Origin: Histomonas meleagridis 2922-C6/04-290x
Taxonomy: Eukaryota > Protista > Parabasalia
Assembly (NCBI GenBank): GCA_020184695.1
Contig: JAANOX010000035.1
Location: forward strand, 1-64,000
DNA: 64,000 nucleotides
Reading direction: 5' to 3'
Numbering within the stretch: position 1 is the first letter of the stretch; each line of letters opens with the position of its first letter. A program made the translations under genes and the position numbers. This document shows, one piece after another, positions 18,881-30,261 of this stretch. A model generated the notes under the pieces. That model did not search any database. It had not been told where the DNA came from and was given only the letters and a program-made list of their open reading frames with translations.

Positions 18881-20500
18881 TCAGTTACTTTCTTCTTCAT
18901 TTTCTTCTTCTTCCTGGTCATCAGTATCATCTTCTTCCAGATCTTCGCTTATTTCTTCTTCCTCCTCTTCTTCTTCGTCATCACTTTGCTTTGGGTTGTA
19001 ATCAGCTAGTCCGTACACTTGCGCCATCATACGCCTATACATGTCGTCAGTCGTTTCTTCTTCTTCTTCTTCTTTATCTTTTTCTTCTTCGTTTTCTTCT
19101 TCTTCCTCTTCTTCGGAGTCTGAAGAAAAGAACGCAAAATTTGCAATGACATCTTTACGCATTTGTCCACTTCGGTATGTATCATTATTATTTGACGTTT
19201 CATCTTTTATATCAAATTCGTCTTCATCAAAATTAGAAATTACACTTTTGATTCCAAATTGTTGTGGATATATATCGAAACTATTTACAGGTTTAATTCG
19301 TGAATTCGAATTTGGAAGTTCTCCGCCATAACTTACAGGTGATTCCAATAATTGTTTCTTTTCAGAAAATGTATCAGTAATAAATTGTTTCCATTTATCA
19401 GTTTGAAGGGATTTAATGTTTTCTTGCTGTTTGATAAGAAGTAAAATTATCTGTGAAATGTGACCTGAAAATTTGCCATATGATTCATAAAGTGGAATAA
19501 TGTGATCTATTAGATTATACGTTTCAACTGTGGTCGCTATTTCATCTTGAGAAAGATTTCGTAAACAATCAAGTGCTATTTGCGCTATAAAAGTATTTGT
19601 TGCATTAGAATAAAATTTTGTCAAAATTTGAGAGACTTTGTTCGGATAAAGACGAAAGATAAAAATTCCATCAACGCAACTTGAGCTAAAATTAAGACGT
19701 GGTTCATACTCGTCAAGAAGATCTTGAAATTCATTACAGCCAAATCGAGTCTGAAGCATTGAAAGAGTTAAAAATGATTCAGTCTTACATAAGGGAGAAC
19801 TAACTTCAAGTTCACAAAAATGAAGAAGAGAATCAAAAAGAGAAACGATGGTGGATTTAACTGGATTGAATGGATTCCTTTTATCTGATAAAATATTCTT
19901 AATAAGAGAAATGGCTGGACCTGCTAAGTTTCCACCATCCCTAATAGCTTCTGATAGGTGTGATATGATTGTTTCATGGATTTTTATGTTGTCTTGAAAT
20001 TCAGTTAATATGTCAAACAAAAGAAGCCAAATGGCAAGTATGTTTATCTTGCTGATTGCTTGCGGAATTAGTTGTGGGAATGCTTCGAGAAAATCACCAT
20101 GTGTGAACTTTAAAAAATGTTCAATAATTCTTTGAAAATTACCACATATATAAGGTGAGGATGCTGCTGTTGTGGATAAAAAATTGCTGATAGTTTCGGT
20201 AAATTGTTTTGATTCTAAAATGTTTGTTTGAAATTCATAACAAAGAGAAGTTAAAACGCCTGTAGCGATCTTGGAGTATTTAAAATAACCAGCTTCATTA
20301 CTAAGTTCATCTGATAAACTCCATTTTATCAAGCGCGTTAGATTGTTTGGGATTAATAAAAACTTAACAATTTCGTCTATTTCATATCGTAATGATTGAA
20401 ACAATGCCGGGTCCAAGAGAACTGTCTCTAGCTTTGTGTCTGGCGCTTTAACAAGATCCTTTATTGATTGGAAACTTGGTCCTAAAGTGTCCCAACTCAT
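18881..20500 (-). CDS. SIT4/PP6 phosphatase-associated (SAPS)-like protein with acidic tail
   Basis: KLETVLLDPALFQSLRYEIDEIVKFLL...LIKWSL...KYSKIATGVLT resembles the SAPS N-terminus; long Glu/Asp tail; first plausible ATG at 20500. Confidence 0.7.
   Translation of the reverse strand: MSWDTLGPSFQSIKDLVKAPDTKLETVLLDPALFQSLRYEIDEIVKFLLIPNNLTRLIKWSLSDELSNEAGYFKYSKIATGVLTSLCYEFQTNILESKQFTETISNFLSTTAASSPYICGNFQRIIEHFLKFTHGDFLEAFPQLIPQAISKINILAIWLLLFDILTEFQDNIKIHETIISHLSEAIRDGGNLAGPAISLIKNILSDKRNPFNPVKSTIVSLFDSLLHFCELEVSSPLCKTESFLTLSMLQTRFGCNEFQDLLDEYEPRLNFSSSCVDGIFIFRLYPNKVSQILTKFYSNATNTFIAQIALDCLRNLSQDEIATTVETYNLIDHIIPLYESYGKFSGHISQIILLLIKQQENIKSLQTDKWKQFITDTFSEKKQLLESPVSYGGELPNSNSRIKPVNSFDIYPQQFGIKSVISNFDEDEFDIKDETSNNNDTYRSGQMRKDVIANFAFFSSDSEEEEEEENEEEKDKEEEEEETTDDMYRRMMAQVYGLADYNPKQSDDEEEEEEEEISEDLEEDDTDDQEEEENEEESN
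18890..19120 (-). repeat. (GAA/GAG)n low-complexity tract encoding poly-Glu
   Basis: Runs of tcttcttct on the plus strand. Confidence 0.8.
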
Positions 20501-20558
20501 ATAGACACTTTTTGAGGGAAAACGGATAAAAATGAAAAAAATGAACAAAAAAAAATGT

Positions 20559-21020
20559 TTACATGGCTTTGATTTGAGTTGAGCGTCCTTGTATAAATAA
20601 AGAAATGACAGTTCCGATGAAGAAAACAATCTGTATGATTAGAGTAATGATACAAAAAATCATTTCTAAAAACAAAACTGTTGAATTTAAAACAATAAAA
20701 TATATTGTAAAAAATATAGAAAGAATAGATAATATAATATAAAACCAAACTGGCGAACATAAAGAACATTCAGGATGTTTGATTGAACGAATTGCTAGAT
20801 TATTTGATATAATTTGTGATACGGCCCACAAGGCTAAAACAGCCCAATCTCCACCATCAACTCCATTTTCTAGCATTTGATCTTTCATCCAAAAAAAAAT
20901 AAATTCAAAAATCCAAAAAGGAACCATCCAATAAAATGTATAATTTAGTCCTGCTGCAACAATAGCTGGAAGAACTGGTGCTTGATAGCGATAACTTTGT
21001 ACTTCTTCTTCTTCTTTCAT
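20559..21020 (-). CDS. Small four-TM protein, TMEM17/216-like (ciliary transition zone) by resemblance
   Basis: 153 aa with four hydrophobic segments; size and pattern resemble the Transmemb_17 family. Confidence 0.5.
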   Translation of the reverse strand: MKEEEEVQSYRYQAPVLPAIVAAGLNYTFYWMVPFWIFEFIFFWMKDQMLENGVDGGDWAVLALWAVSQIISNNLAIRSIKHPECSLCSPVWFYIILSILSIFFTIYFIVLNSTVLFLEMIFCIITLIIQIVFFIGTVISLFIQGRSTQIKAM

Positions 21021-21551
21021 TTACAAATGAAACGTTATTTAAATTAACGTTCATTTTTATAAACGTCTTCTCCCAAAAAAGTCAACTGAAATAAATTAAA
21101 AGGATTTTGACAAAAGAAGTTCATTTTAATGATAAAAAATTCTACAAGGGTTCAAATATTTTATTTTTACTTTCAAATCACAAAACTTTGAGGATGATTT
21201 GAAAGAAAACTCTTTTTGAACGGATATTTAAATGATCAATTTGAAGATTTCGTTCCTATGCCACAATGTATCTCTAAAAGTTTCAATCGGGATTTTCCGA
21301 TTGTACTTTTCAATCAAAAATTAAAGTATATTTTGGAACTTTTGAACTGAATGATGTCTCAAGTTATTTGTTTTGAGATAAAAAACTATCATACCTCAGT
21401 GAAAAAATGCAATAAAAATTACAAATTTCGATTGCATCATTTCAATGATACTAAAAGTTTTTATCACAAACTTTCAGTATGTGCAACTAAATTTTTATCA
21501 ACTGATAAGCCTGTAGAATAATTGTGAAAGGTTCAAATTTGTTCCAAAATC

Positions 21552-22073
21552 ATGAATGCGATATCTCCAAAAGGGTGTGAACAGCGTCGCAAAAAATATA
21601 GATATGTTTTTACAACAAGAGAAGATCAAATATTGCAAACGTTAGTAAATAAGTTTGGAACAAATGACTGGGAAATCATAGCACAACACATACCTGGAAG
21701 AACAGCAAGACAATGTCGTGAAAGATGGTTTACATATTTATCACCTGAAGTAAATCGCACTGCATGGACACCCGAAGAAGACGGATTATTATTTGATTTA
21801 ATTCAAAAATATGGAAGAAAGTGGGGATCAATAGTATGTTACTTTCAAAATAGAACACAAAATAATGTAAAAAATAGATGGAACACAATCGTAAGAAAAG
21901 CAAGATCAATTGGAATGGATCCAAATGATAAAGTTCAATTTATAGAAACGGGACAAAGAATTGCTTGTAGGTCTACAAGAAATTCATTCGAAATACCAAG
22001 TCATCATCATCAGCCAGAAGTTATATCAAATCCTCTTCATATATACTCAATAAGCTATTTATTAAATCATTAA
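21552..22073 (+). CDS. R2R3 Myb-like DNA-binding protein
   Basis: FTTREDQIL...WEIIAQHIPGRTARQCRERWFTYLSPEVNRTAWTPEEDGLL...NRTQNNVKNRW. Confidence 0.95.
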   Translation: MNAISPKGCEQRRKKYRYVFTTREDQILQTLVNKFGTNDWEIIAQHIPGRTARQCRERWFTYLSPEVNRTAWTPEEDGLLFDLIQKYGRKWGSIVCYFQNRTQNNVKNRWNTIVRKARSIGMDPNDKVQFIETGQRIACRSTRNSFEIPSHHHQPEVISNPLHIYSISYLLNH

Positions 22074-22412
22074 TACATCTATTTTTATTAATTTTTATTA
22101 ATATTTTAGTTTCGTCATTCAATTTTGAAAAATATAAAATTTTTTTCGATATAAATTTCCTTTTATTATATTTTAATGACTTATGAATTTTTACATAAAA
22201 GATAACAAATAGAGACTTAACTCATTAATTTAATTTGCAATATCAGATCAAAGAGAATATCAATAAATTTTCGGAATATATCTTTTGTGAATTTGCATTG
22301 GAAATCAGTTCTTATGACGCGTTAATTCTTTTTTGTTATTATTATTATTATTATTTAATAGAAACATCGCAAAAACATTATAAAGTCGGAATTTCTAAAA
22401 CTATTTATTTCT

Positions 22413-24635
22413 TTATTCATTGACTAATTTTCTTGTCAGTTCATCTATCGACAACTCTTCTTCTATTTCGGCCAGCATCCCATAGATTGGATCGCTTTCG
22501 TACTCGATGCCGTATTGCATCAGCATCTTCTCGATGTCGTAGTCGACGAGCCTTTCGTACATTTCGTTAATCACCGATGTACTGTTTGCTCTGCTCATTA
22601 CTTTCTTAACATTAGTCTTATTCGAGTCCGTCCGAACAATTGTTTTGATCTGTGATCGCTTTATTTGCGGAATGTAATTCGAGTCGATGGAATTCTTTCC
22701 GAATTTCGTTTCGAATTTGCTTTTCATCGTTTCAATCATTCCATCTATATCACTTTCGTTAGTAATCAAATGTTTACTCAAACGTTCAAAGTCATTTCGT
22801 GGAAATGATGCAATTTTCATTTGGGTGGAAACTAATGTTGTGCAAAACTTACATAGGTAATCAAAGGAACTGATGTTAGATCCATCAAAAAAGAGACGAT
22901 TAATGGTACCATTTAAAACTGATGGAAGTATTAGCTCAATACCATCTTGTCCAATGCCTTGGTTTGTAACATCAAGATAAACTAATGTGTTTTGTTGTGA
23001 TTTTAAGATTGGAAATAGTAAGTGTCCAAATGAATAATTAATTGACTTGTCATTACGCAACGATAAATGAGTAAACGTGCGACCGGTGATGTACTTTGAA
23101 AAAGCGAAAAAACCGTTGGGCGAATCGTAAACGTTGATGGAAGAATTGAGAGACAACCGTTGGAGTTGCGGTTGCTTCTCTAAAAAAGTGGTGAGCAGAA
23201 TGGTTTGATTGGAATCGAGTGTGTTGTCATCAAAATAGAAACTCTCTAAGGATGGAAAGTGAATGCTTGTAAGAGCTAAAAGAAAAGATGTAAAATCATT
23301 ATCACTTATTTCCATTTGACTGAAATCTAAAGAATGAATTGAAATGTTGTTCTCTCGAATAACAATAAGAAGCGACAAAAGGAAGTCTGAGTTACACTTA
23401 CATGAACGAAGACTAAGAACAGATAATTCTTTGACTAATATTGGTCCATCAAAAGAAAGAGCTGAGGTAAATACGCCATTATCAAGGACAATTTCTTCAA
23501 TGCCTATGTCTCGTTGAAGAAGTTGAGAGAGAAATGAAGATCCTTTAATTCCGCAATCATTCAAAACAACTTTATGAAGACATTTGGATTCAATAACCCA
23601 TTGACAACAAAATAGTTCCATCATATGAAAGAACAAGTATTCACTTTGATTATTAATTTTTTCAAATGTTATTTGTTCTAATTGATAAAAGCATTGGTTA
23701 AAGAAAATAATTTGGAACAAATAAAGCATGCTTTCATTTGTAAATGTACAATTAGAAAACGTTAATGCTGATATCGATCTTCCTATTGATGGAATAACTT
23801 CAAAAAACTCAGAAAATGCCGAAGTTGAGGTGTCACAATTTACAAAGCGCCATTCCTTTGGTGTGAAACTGTGTGTCTTTTGGTATAATTTTTTGAGGTA
23901 CTTCGCCGATCCTTCAAAATTCACTTCATCAAAAGTGATACGCTTAATAAACCTATTAAAACGGAAAAGTGGCAGACATAAATTGAGTAAACTCGAAACA
24001 TTTAATTTTTCGATAATTAAATGACTTGTTTCTTGTTCAAATGCGATGGAAAGTAAGATAGATTGGAATAATGGTGAGGCCATTCGTTCCTTTGTAATTT
24101 TAAAATGTTTGATTGAATTTTGTTTGAGTTCTGTTAATAATGATTCTTGAACAATTAAGTTATTATGCATTGCACATGAAAGTGTACGATCTATGAATAA
24201 AGATTTTGGATTATAAATAATTTGGGCGGTGGTTTGATCTGTTGAATTTTCTTCAGCACAAGTAATATTAAGCGGTAAAATATCAGTAGGAAATTGTGAT
24301 TGTCGGATATAAAACACAAGAGATACAATGCTTTCCATATCTTTATGTTTAATTCTGATTTGTGAACTTTGGCTGCTAAAAGATGCTTGCTTACTTGTGG
24401 TGTATATTGAAGTTAAATCACAAAAAGAAATGGATTTTGTTACGTGTGATTGAAAATTAAATGATTTTTTTCTAATAAGAAAAATTCCAACAGAACAAAC
24501 AATAAAATCTCGTGTATGAAGGTAATTGTTATGGCCAACTTTTAATACGCTGCCCTTCCAGTATATTTTTACATCTTTTAATCTGAAAAATGGATTTAAA
24601 TTACTGAGAAATTCATTTTCTTCTTCTGTTGACAT
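22413..24635 (-). CDS. CARMIL-like protein (PH-like N-terminus + RNI-like LRRs)
   Basis: N-terminal KIYWKGSVLK...RDFIVCSVGIFLI; RNI-type LRRs (LVYLDVTNQGIGQDG, LFFDGSNISS). Confidence 0.65.
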   Translation of the reverse strand: MSTEEENEFLSNLNPFFRLKDVKIYWKGSVLKVGHNNYLHTRDFIVCSVGIFLIRKKSFNFQSHVTKSISFCDLTSIYTTSKQASFSSQSSQIRIKHKDMESIVSLVFYIRQSQFPTDILPLNITCAEENSTDQTTAQIIYNPKSLFIDRTLSCAMHNNLIVQESLLTELKQNSIKHFKITKERMASPLFQSILLSIAFEQETSHLIIEKLNVSSLLNLCLPLFRFNRFIKRITFDEVNFEGSAKYLKKLYQKTHSFTPKEWRFVNCDTSTSAFSEFFEVIPSIGRSISALTFSNCTFTNESMLYLFQIIFFNQCFYQLEQITFEKINNQSEYLFFHMMELFCCQWVIESKCLHKVVLNDCGIKGSSFLSQLLQRDIGIEEIVLDNGVFTSALSFDGPILVKELSVLSLRSCKCNSDFLLSLLIVIRENNISIHSLDFSQMEISDNDFTSFLLALTSIHFPSLESFYFDDNTLDSNQTILLTTFLEKQPQLQRLSLNSSINVYDSPNGFFAFSKYITGRTFTHLSLRNDKSINYSFGHLLFPILKSQQNTLVYLDVTNQGIGQDGIELILPSVLNGTINRLFFDGSNISSFDYLCKFCTTLVSTQMKIASFPRNDFERLSKHLITNESDIDGMIETMKSKFETKFGKNSIDSNYIPQIKRSQIKTIVRTDSNKTNVKKVMSRANSTSVINEMYERLVDYDIEKMLMQYGIEYESDPIYGMLAEIEEELSIDELTRKLVNE

Positions 24636-24970
24636 CTGAAATGTGATATGAAGTTCGTTACTTTAAAAAGTGCAAAAGTTCTTACATTTGTGACTAGATA
24701 TATCAACATTTATTAGGCTTTAATGAATAATAACATTTATTTTCATTTACTTTTGCAAAAACAATTTAAACATTAAATCATCTAGCATGAATAAAAAAAT
24801 ATGTAATTCCCTTAGTGATCACCTAAAATTTTTTCTTGAAGGTTATTCCTAAATATATTGAGACTTGTTTTATATATATCATATTATTTAGTAACTATAT
24901 TGGATTTTATGCGAAATTTGCATCAGGGATAAGCAAATAAAATTTTTTAATTTTAGGGCGCCCCCATTAT

Positions 24971-26221
24971 ATGTCGCAACCCCTTGTAGAGCTTCTTTCA
25001 TCTGCAAATGATGATGCAAGGTATAGGGGCATCTCTTTATTAAGTTCAATACTGCTTACAGACCCAACCTCAATTTTTAATGAATTTGATTCATTTTATC
25101 CATTCTTCAAAAGCTTGATGGAAAACAGAGCAAATGATTCAATATCTTTCTACATGTTTAACGATTTGTTGTATACTGCTATTTTAGCTAGCAAAATTAA
25201 AAAACCAAAACTTTCTTTAATTACATACATTGCAGAATGTATAGCATCTCAAAATCTTCCAGGAAGAATCAATGCCTTTGTTTCAGGAATGGTTGGCATT
25301 CAAAATTTTGAAGTTCCACTCTTGTCAATGATTTCGACACCAATCACTGACAAAAATATTTATTCTCCTTTGGTAAAAGTTTTATATTCTACCGAAAGTG
25401 AAAATATTCTCAAACTACTCAGCGCAGATACAGAAAAATTTGCTAATTTTATTTCAACATCATCTGATGAAGATCTTACTTCAATAATGAAACTTGTTTT
25501 TTCTCCAAACACAGCAATATCCAATTTTTGTTTATCTGTTGCTCTCAAAGTTGTTCAATTAAATCCATCAATTTCTGAAAAATTGTTTTCTTATGCAGGC
25601 CCTATTTTAACGATGCCAAATTACGAAAGTAACAAAGATGCAGTAAAACTACACCGATTACTATTATCATCTAAAGGCGGAAGTGAAGTTCAAAAAGTTC
25701 CAGAACTTTACAAAAATTTGGCACGTTTAGTTTTTGAACAGAAAACGTTCGAAACCGTCGACCCGAAGGGAACAAAGAAGTTCCTCACAGTCCAACAAAC
25801 ACCAAGAAAGACAACAGTTCTCAAGGCACGTCGAAGTACTTTATCTATGCGCCTTGATGAAGCTTCGATAGGTCAATATTTAGCACAATCAGAATCAGAT
25901 TCATTAATTGAAATAAAGCCAACTGTCATAAAACCACTAAAAGGATTTGCAACAAAGAAGAGAAGTGGTGGCTTACATGCATCGTCTGGAAAGAAATGGT
26001 TCGAGTTTTATCCTCACAACAAATGTCTCGTTTGGAGAGCAGAACAAACGCAAGATGGTATCAAGGGAATACTGTTTCTGGATAACAGTGTTTGTATTGA
26101 TAAATCTGGCAATGTGTTATCAATTAAGTTGAAGGATAAGACCATTCAGATACAATTTGAAAATAGGAAAACATTGAACGAATGGTACTCTGCAATCTCA
26201 ACTTGTACTAGAAGCCAATGA
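24971..26221 (+). CDS. Helical-repeat protein with C-terminal PH domain
   Basis: LKGFATKKRSGG...KKWFEF...KGILFLD...QFENRKTLNEWYSAI is a PH signature. Confidence 0.7.
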   Translation: MSQPLVELLSSANDDARYRGISLLSSILLTDPTSIFNEFDSFYPFFKSLMENRANDSISFYMFNDLLYTAILASKIKKPKLSLITYIAECIASQNLPGRINAFVSGMVGIQNFEVPLLSMISTPITDKNIYSPLVKVLYSTESENILKLLSADTEKFANFISTSSDEDLTSIMKLVFSPNTAISNFCLSVALKVVQLNPSISEKLFSYAGPILTMPNYESNKDAVKLHRLLLSSKGGSEVQKVPELYKNLARLVFEQKTFETVDPKGTKKFLTVQQTPRKTTVLKARRSTLSMRLDEASIGQYLAQSESDSLIEIKPTVIKPLKGFATKKRSGGLHASSGKKWFEFYPHNKCLVWRAEQTQDGIKGILFLDNSVCIDKSGNVLSIKLKDKTIQIQFENRKTLNEWYSAISTCTRSQ

Positions 26222-26656
26222 ATTTAATTATGTAAAAAAACGAAAATTTTTATGAACAAAATATTTTTTATTTATCTTTTCGATATCACAAAAAAGAAAT
26301 AAGCAAATGTACATATGAAACACAACGCGACGAGTTCGATTGACATTTTATTACACAGATGCGTCATAATGACGAATGAATAGGGTAAAGTTTCAATCCA
26401 TTAAACAATAATTGTAGATTTCTTGATACAAGCTATAAAAGTAATTTTTCTCTTTATTTATAAAGACTTTTATTCAAGATAAACTTAAACATTATAATAT
26501 TAAAAGCAGAAAACCTTATTCAAGATTTTTGATATGTGTTTTTAAACGTTTCAATATTATTTTTAATTTAAAGTTGTTCTATTTAAAAAAACAAAGCAAA
26601 TCATTTATAACAATATAATATTATTCATTTATTTATTCAACATTAACATATATAAA

Positions 26657-28123
26657 TTAACTATTTTCACTTTTCTGTTCCAATATCGAATTCACCAAAT
26701 TATCAATCATTTCATCGACTGACTCCGACACCTCCTGATAATTTGGGTATCCGCAAATGATTGCTTCCACGAACCAATACAGCGACTGTCTCATATCGCC
26801 CAATTGCTGAGCGATTTTTCCTCTCAGCAAAGCGAAATCCGGCTCATTTCTCACTGCGTATGACACCTTATCTATACATTGCAACGCTTCCAAATTTTTT
26901 CCACACTCATTTAATATCTCAGATTTCAAATAAATCGCCACCAAATTATTTTCGTCAAGACTTAAAGCCTTATCCAAGGCCTCCAAAGCCTTATTTTTCC
27001 TATTACACTTATTCAAAATCGTTGCATAAACAAAATATAATACAGAAGATTCGGGATTAATATCGATCGCTTTTCTCGTGTAATATTCAGCCGAACAAAA
27101 GTCGTCTTGTTTAAAGTACACATTCCCTAATCCATACCATGCGCTCCATTCATATTGGTTACGATCAATCGCTTGTCGAAAGAGTATCGATGCTTCTTTT
27201 AACATGTCAATCATCAACGATTCGTGCCCACTTAACGTTAATGCATACGAACAACTTCGATCGAGTGAAGCGGCGCGATTAAACATATTAATGGCTTCTT
27301 CGCTGTTCTTGCGAAGTGATAAAAGGTTTCCTGTCGCAATCCATGCTTCAGGTCGATTCGGAGCAAGTGAAATCGTTCGTTGAACAAGTTCACTAAGTGT
27401 CGATTCATCTTTAAGCTGCCAAAGTGTGGTGGAATAAATATCAATGCCATCAACACAGTATGGATGCGCAGCGTAAAGATTCTTAAAGACATTGGCAGCT
27501 TCGGTATATTTGGAACGTTTGAAATAATGGATGGCAAGTGACTTTTGTGTAACAATAAGGGAGTTTTGTGGTGGTGGAAGATTTTTAATATCATCGGGAA
27601 GATTGAGTGAGTTGGTATAAAGTGTTTCGGTGAGAGAAACAGGTGTTGGAGAATTCCGTTGATGAGAAATGTGTGAGGTAGATGAAAGCATAAGAGGTTG
27701 GATTTCAAGGGTTTGAATGAAGTCGGTCTCAGCTTGAGATTGGCGGTGAGTTCGTATTTTAATAAGACCAAGAAGATATGTTTTTGCTATTGTAAAATCT
27801 TTTCGTTTTTGTTCATCAACTATTGTGGTCGTATCTAATTGCTTAAGTACAGATTCAGCACCTGAATAATTACCGCTTTCAAAATAAGATTGTGAATAAA
27901 TAAGATATAAATCAGGTGAATCTTTAAGATATTGGTGATAGCGTGAAATCAATAAGACAGCTTGGGAAGGAGAACCTGAGTCAATATATGTTTTCGCATA
28001 AAGAAATAAAAAATTTGATGATGGAAATTGTGGAAAAAATTCTTGACAAAGAAGTAACGCATTTTCAAAAAACCTGAAACGAAGTGAAAATTCTATAGCT
28101 TCGAGAACTTCCCCTTCTTCCAT
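26657..28123 (-). CDS. CDC27: Anaphase-promoting complex subunit 3 (TPR protein)
   Basis: PYCVDGIDIYSTTLWQLKDE, RPEAWIATGNLLSL, YALTLSGHE, AWYGLGNVY are CDC27-type TPR motifs. Confidence 0.85.
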   Translation of the reverse strand: MEEGEVLEAIEFSLRFRFFENALLLCQEFFPQFPSSNFLFLYAKTYIDSGSPSQAVLLISRYHQYLKDSPDLYLIYSQSYFESGNYSGAESVLKQLDTTTIVDEQKRKDFTIAKTYLLGLIKIRTHRQSQAETDFIQTLEIQPLMLSSTSHISHQRNSPTPVSLTETLYTNSLNLPDDIKNLPPPQNSLIVTQKSLAIHYFKRSKYTEAANVFKNLYAAHPYCVDGIDIYSTTLWQLKDESTLSELVQRTISLAPNRPEAWIATGNLLSLRKNSEEAINMFNRAASLDRSCSYALTLSGHESLMIDMLKEASILFRQAIDRNQYEWSAWYGLGNVYFKQDDFCSAEYYTRKAIDINPESSVLYFVYATILNKCNRKNKALEALDKALSLDENNLVAIYLKSEILNECGKNLEALQCIDKVSYAVRNEPDFALLRGKIAQQLGDMRQSLYWFVEAIICGYPNYQEVSESVDEMIDNLVNSILEQKSENS

Positions 28124-28169
28124 ATTGTTGCAAAAATGTTAGGGAACCTGATAACTTTAAAACAAAAAA

Positions 28170-28243
28170 AGCCACCGGCGGGACTCGAACCCGCAACCCC
28201 AAGATTAAGAGTCTTATGCTCTAGCCGATTGAGCTACGATGGC
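28170..28243 (-). tRNA. tRNA-Lys(CUU)
   Basis: GCCATCG TA GCTC AATCGGCTA GAGC A TAAGA CT-CTT-AA TCTTG GGGTT GCGGG TTCGAGT CCCGC CGGTGGC: full cloverleaf, anticodon at 28207-28209, followed by a T7 terminator. Confidence 0.95.
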
Positions 28244-28413
28244 AACCTGTCTAATTTTAGAAATTTTGTTTAAAAAATTACTTTGTATTTGATAAGTGAA
28301 TGCCTTTTTCAAAAAAACCGTTGAAAAATAAACTATGCAATCAAAAAATTTTTGTTCGATTTTTGAATGTAGGCGAGTGACCTCACTTGTGTCACATTCA
28401 CTAAAGCTAACAT

Positions 28414-28782
28414 ATGTTGAAGAGGGGCATAAGAACTGGACGTCCTAAGTTCCACATTCGTGCTCGCTTTATCACGTATGAAGGTAGTGACGGTATTGAG
28501 AAATACCAACTTGATTCCAAAGGTAGATTGATCAATGCTGATCTTATTAATCCTTCCAAAGTCCTTCAAGCTAAATGCTCTACGCCACCTACCAAGGTTG
28601 ATGAGACAGAAGGACATGAAACCAATTTTGATGATTTTGAATTCCAAGGATATTTTCATGAATATCCTCCAAATAACGAAGTGATTGGTGAGGACATCGC
28701 ATTTGATGAAATTGATTTTGCAAATTATCAACTTGATAATTTTTATGATAATAACCCATTTTCATATGGGGATGGTCTTTAA
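28414..28782 (+). CDS. Small hypothetical protein (basic N-terminus, acidic C-terminus)
   Basis: 122-aa ORF with Inr-like TCACATTCAC upstream and coding-like composition. Confidence 0.7.
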   Translation: MLKRGIRTGRPKFHIRARFITYEGSDGIEKYQLDSKGRLINADLINPSKVLQAKCSTPPTKVDETEGHETNFDDFEFQGYFHEYPPNNEVIGEDIAFDEIDFANYQLDNFYDNNPFSYGDGL

Positions 28783-28947
28783 AAAGGCCAAGATGTAGAG
28801 GATCGTAAACCATCCTCATTTTTTACTAAACAATATATATTTTAATTTTTAATTTTTTCATTTTTGTAAAATGTGCCAATTATAATTCATATGTAAATCC
28901 AAAGTAGTTCTTTATTAAGCAAATTTTTATTTTCTTCATTAAAAAAG

Positions 28948-29880
28948 TTATGTATGTTTTGGGACTGATTCATCTTGAAATTGATTTGGATTTTCTTCAG
29001 TATGAAGTTGTGGAAAATTGTATATTCCATAGCCCTCAAATGTGTTTTCAGTTCTCATTGTTTTTTGTTGTGTACTTGGTTGCTTATCAGATGTCATAAC
29101 TTGAACTGGCGGCATTGCACTTAATTGTACCATTGGCTGTGGACTTTGATTAAATGGATGGGTTGGATATTGACTTTGAAATTGTGGAGGTGGTGGATAT
29201 GCAGCTTGTAATGGTGGTACATTTTGCTGGCCTACATATTCGTCATCAGAATCACTGGATATTTTTATATATGCACTTTGATTGAAAACTTTTTGAGTCT
29301 TGACTTCTTTATTTTGCTTTTGCACTTGTTGTGGTCCTGCTGGATATCCTGGCATAGCATATTTTTCTTTTCTTTTAACTTGTTGTATGTTGATTTTTAG
29401 TTCTGGTGGTACTACCCACATTGGAGTAACAAGTAAATTACCATGTGGGGCTTTAAAAGGTGGTGAATTATTTTCAGAAAGGTGAATATCTATTTCGATC
29501 ATCGGCGTACCTTTTTCAGGTGTTCTTGTCATAAAAGGAAAGAAGTAACGAGTGACCATATTTGATGGAAACCATATAAGTGGTAATAAAAGTTTTGCTA
29601 CCTCTCTCTCTCCATATCTTTCTTTTACTTCTAATATTTTGAATGAAACTTGTGCAGCAGTTGGAGCACTATAACGTAATATTGGAATGGCTGTTGAAAA
29701 ATAAAAATTACGAACTTGTGATTTTATGAGAGGGGAAACAACGCCTGAGCCATCTGGAATAAGTTGAATTAAAAGATTTTTTATTTCATTTCCACGACTA
29801 CCAGGAACAAAAACTTTACGTATCCGTATAAATGCAGTTTTCTGGAAGATTGGAGGCACATTTTGTGATTGCTCATGCAT
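28948..29880 (-). CDS. C2-like domain protein with Pro/Gln-rich tail
   Basis: Beta-rich N-terminus (REVAKLLLPLIWFP...IEIDIHL) followed by AYPPPPQFQSQYP repeats. Confidence 0.6.
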   Translation of the reverse strand: MHEQSQNVPPIFQKTAFIRIRKVFVPGSRGNEIKNLLIQLIPDGSGVVSPLIKSQVRNFYFSTAIPILRYSAPTAAQVSFKILEVKERYGEREVAKLLLPLIWFPSNMVTRYFFPFMTRTPEKGTPMIEIDIHLSENNSPPFKAPHGNLLVTPMWVVPPELKINIQQVKRKEKYAMPGYPAGPQQVQKQNKEVKTQKVFNQSAYIKISSDSDDEYVGQQNVPPLQAAYPPPPQFQSQYPTHPFNQSPQPMVQLSAMPPVQVMTSDKQPSTQQKTMRTENTFEGYGIYNFPQLHTEENPNQFQDESVPKHT

Positions 29881-30261
29881 TTAGTTTATAATTTTAATTT
29901 TTGAAAATTATAAATGAAAGTTTTTTATTTTTTTACATAAAACATAAAAAAGTTAAAAAAATAATTTTAATTTTATTTGGGATTTTTAATTCATATGATA
30001 TTGCTGAAAAAATATTATAGTGCTCATAACGACTAAATTTAGGAAACAAAATTTTATATTTAAAGGTTGATTAACAATAAATAAAATTACATCAATTTAC
30101 TTAATTTTCCTTTAAAAAAAATTAGTGCACTTAAAGTTATTTATACTGTACTTGGTGACCATTATGTTTAAGAGAAATTTATATAATTTTTATCATATTT
30201 CTAATAATTATTTTTATATAAAATTTAGAAGAAATTTGACTTAAATATGTTGAAAAAATAT

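Noticed and set aside
18862-19331. Plus-strand ORFs 18862-19149 and 19041-19331
   Set aside because: Antisense shadows of the poly-Glu tract of the SAPS-like gene.
26362-26374. Dyad CGTCAT-A-ATGACG in intergenic DNA
   Set aside because: A single short dyad with no supporting structure or repetition.
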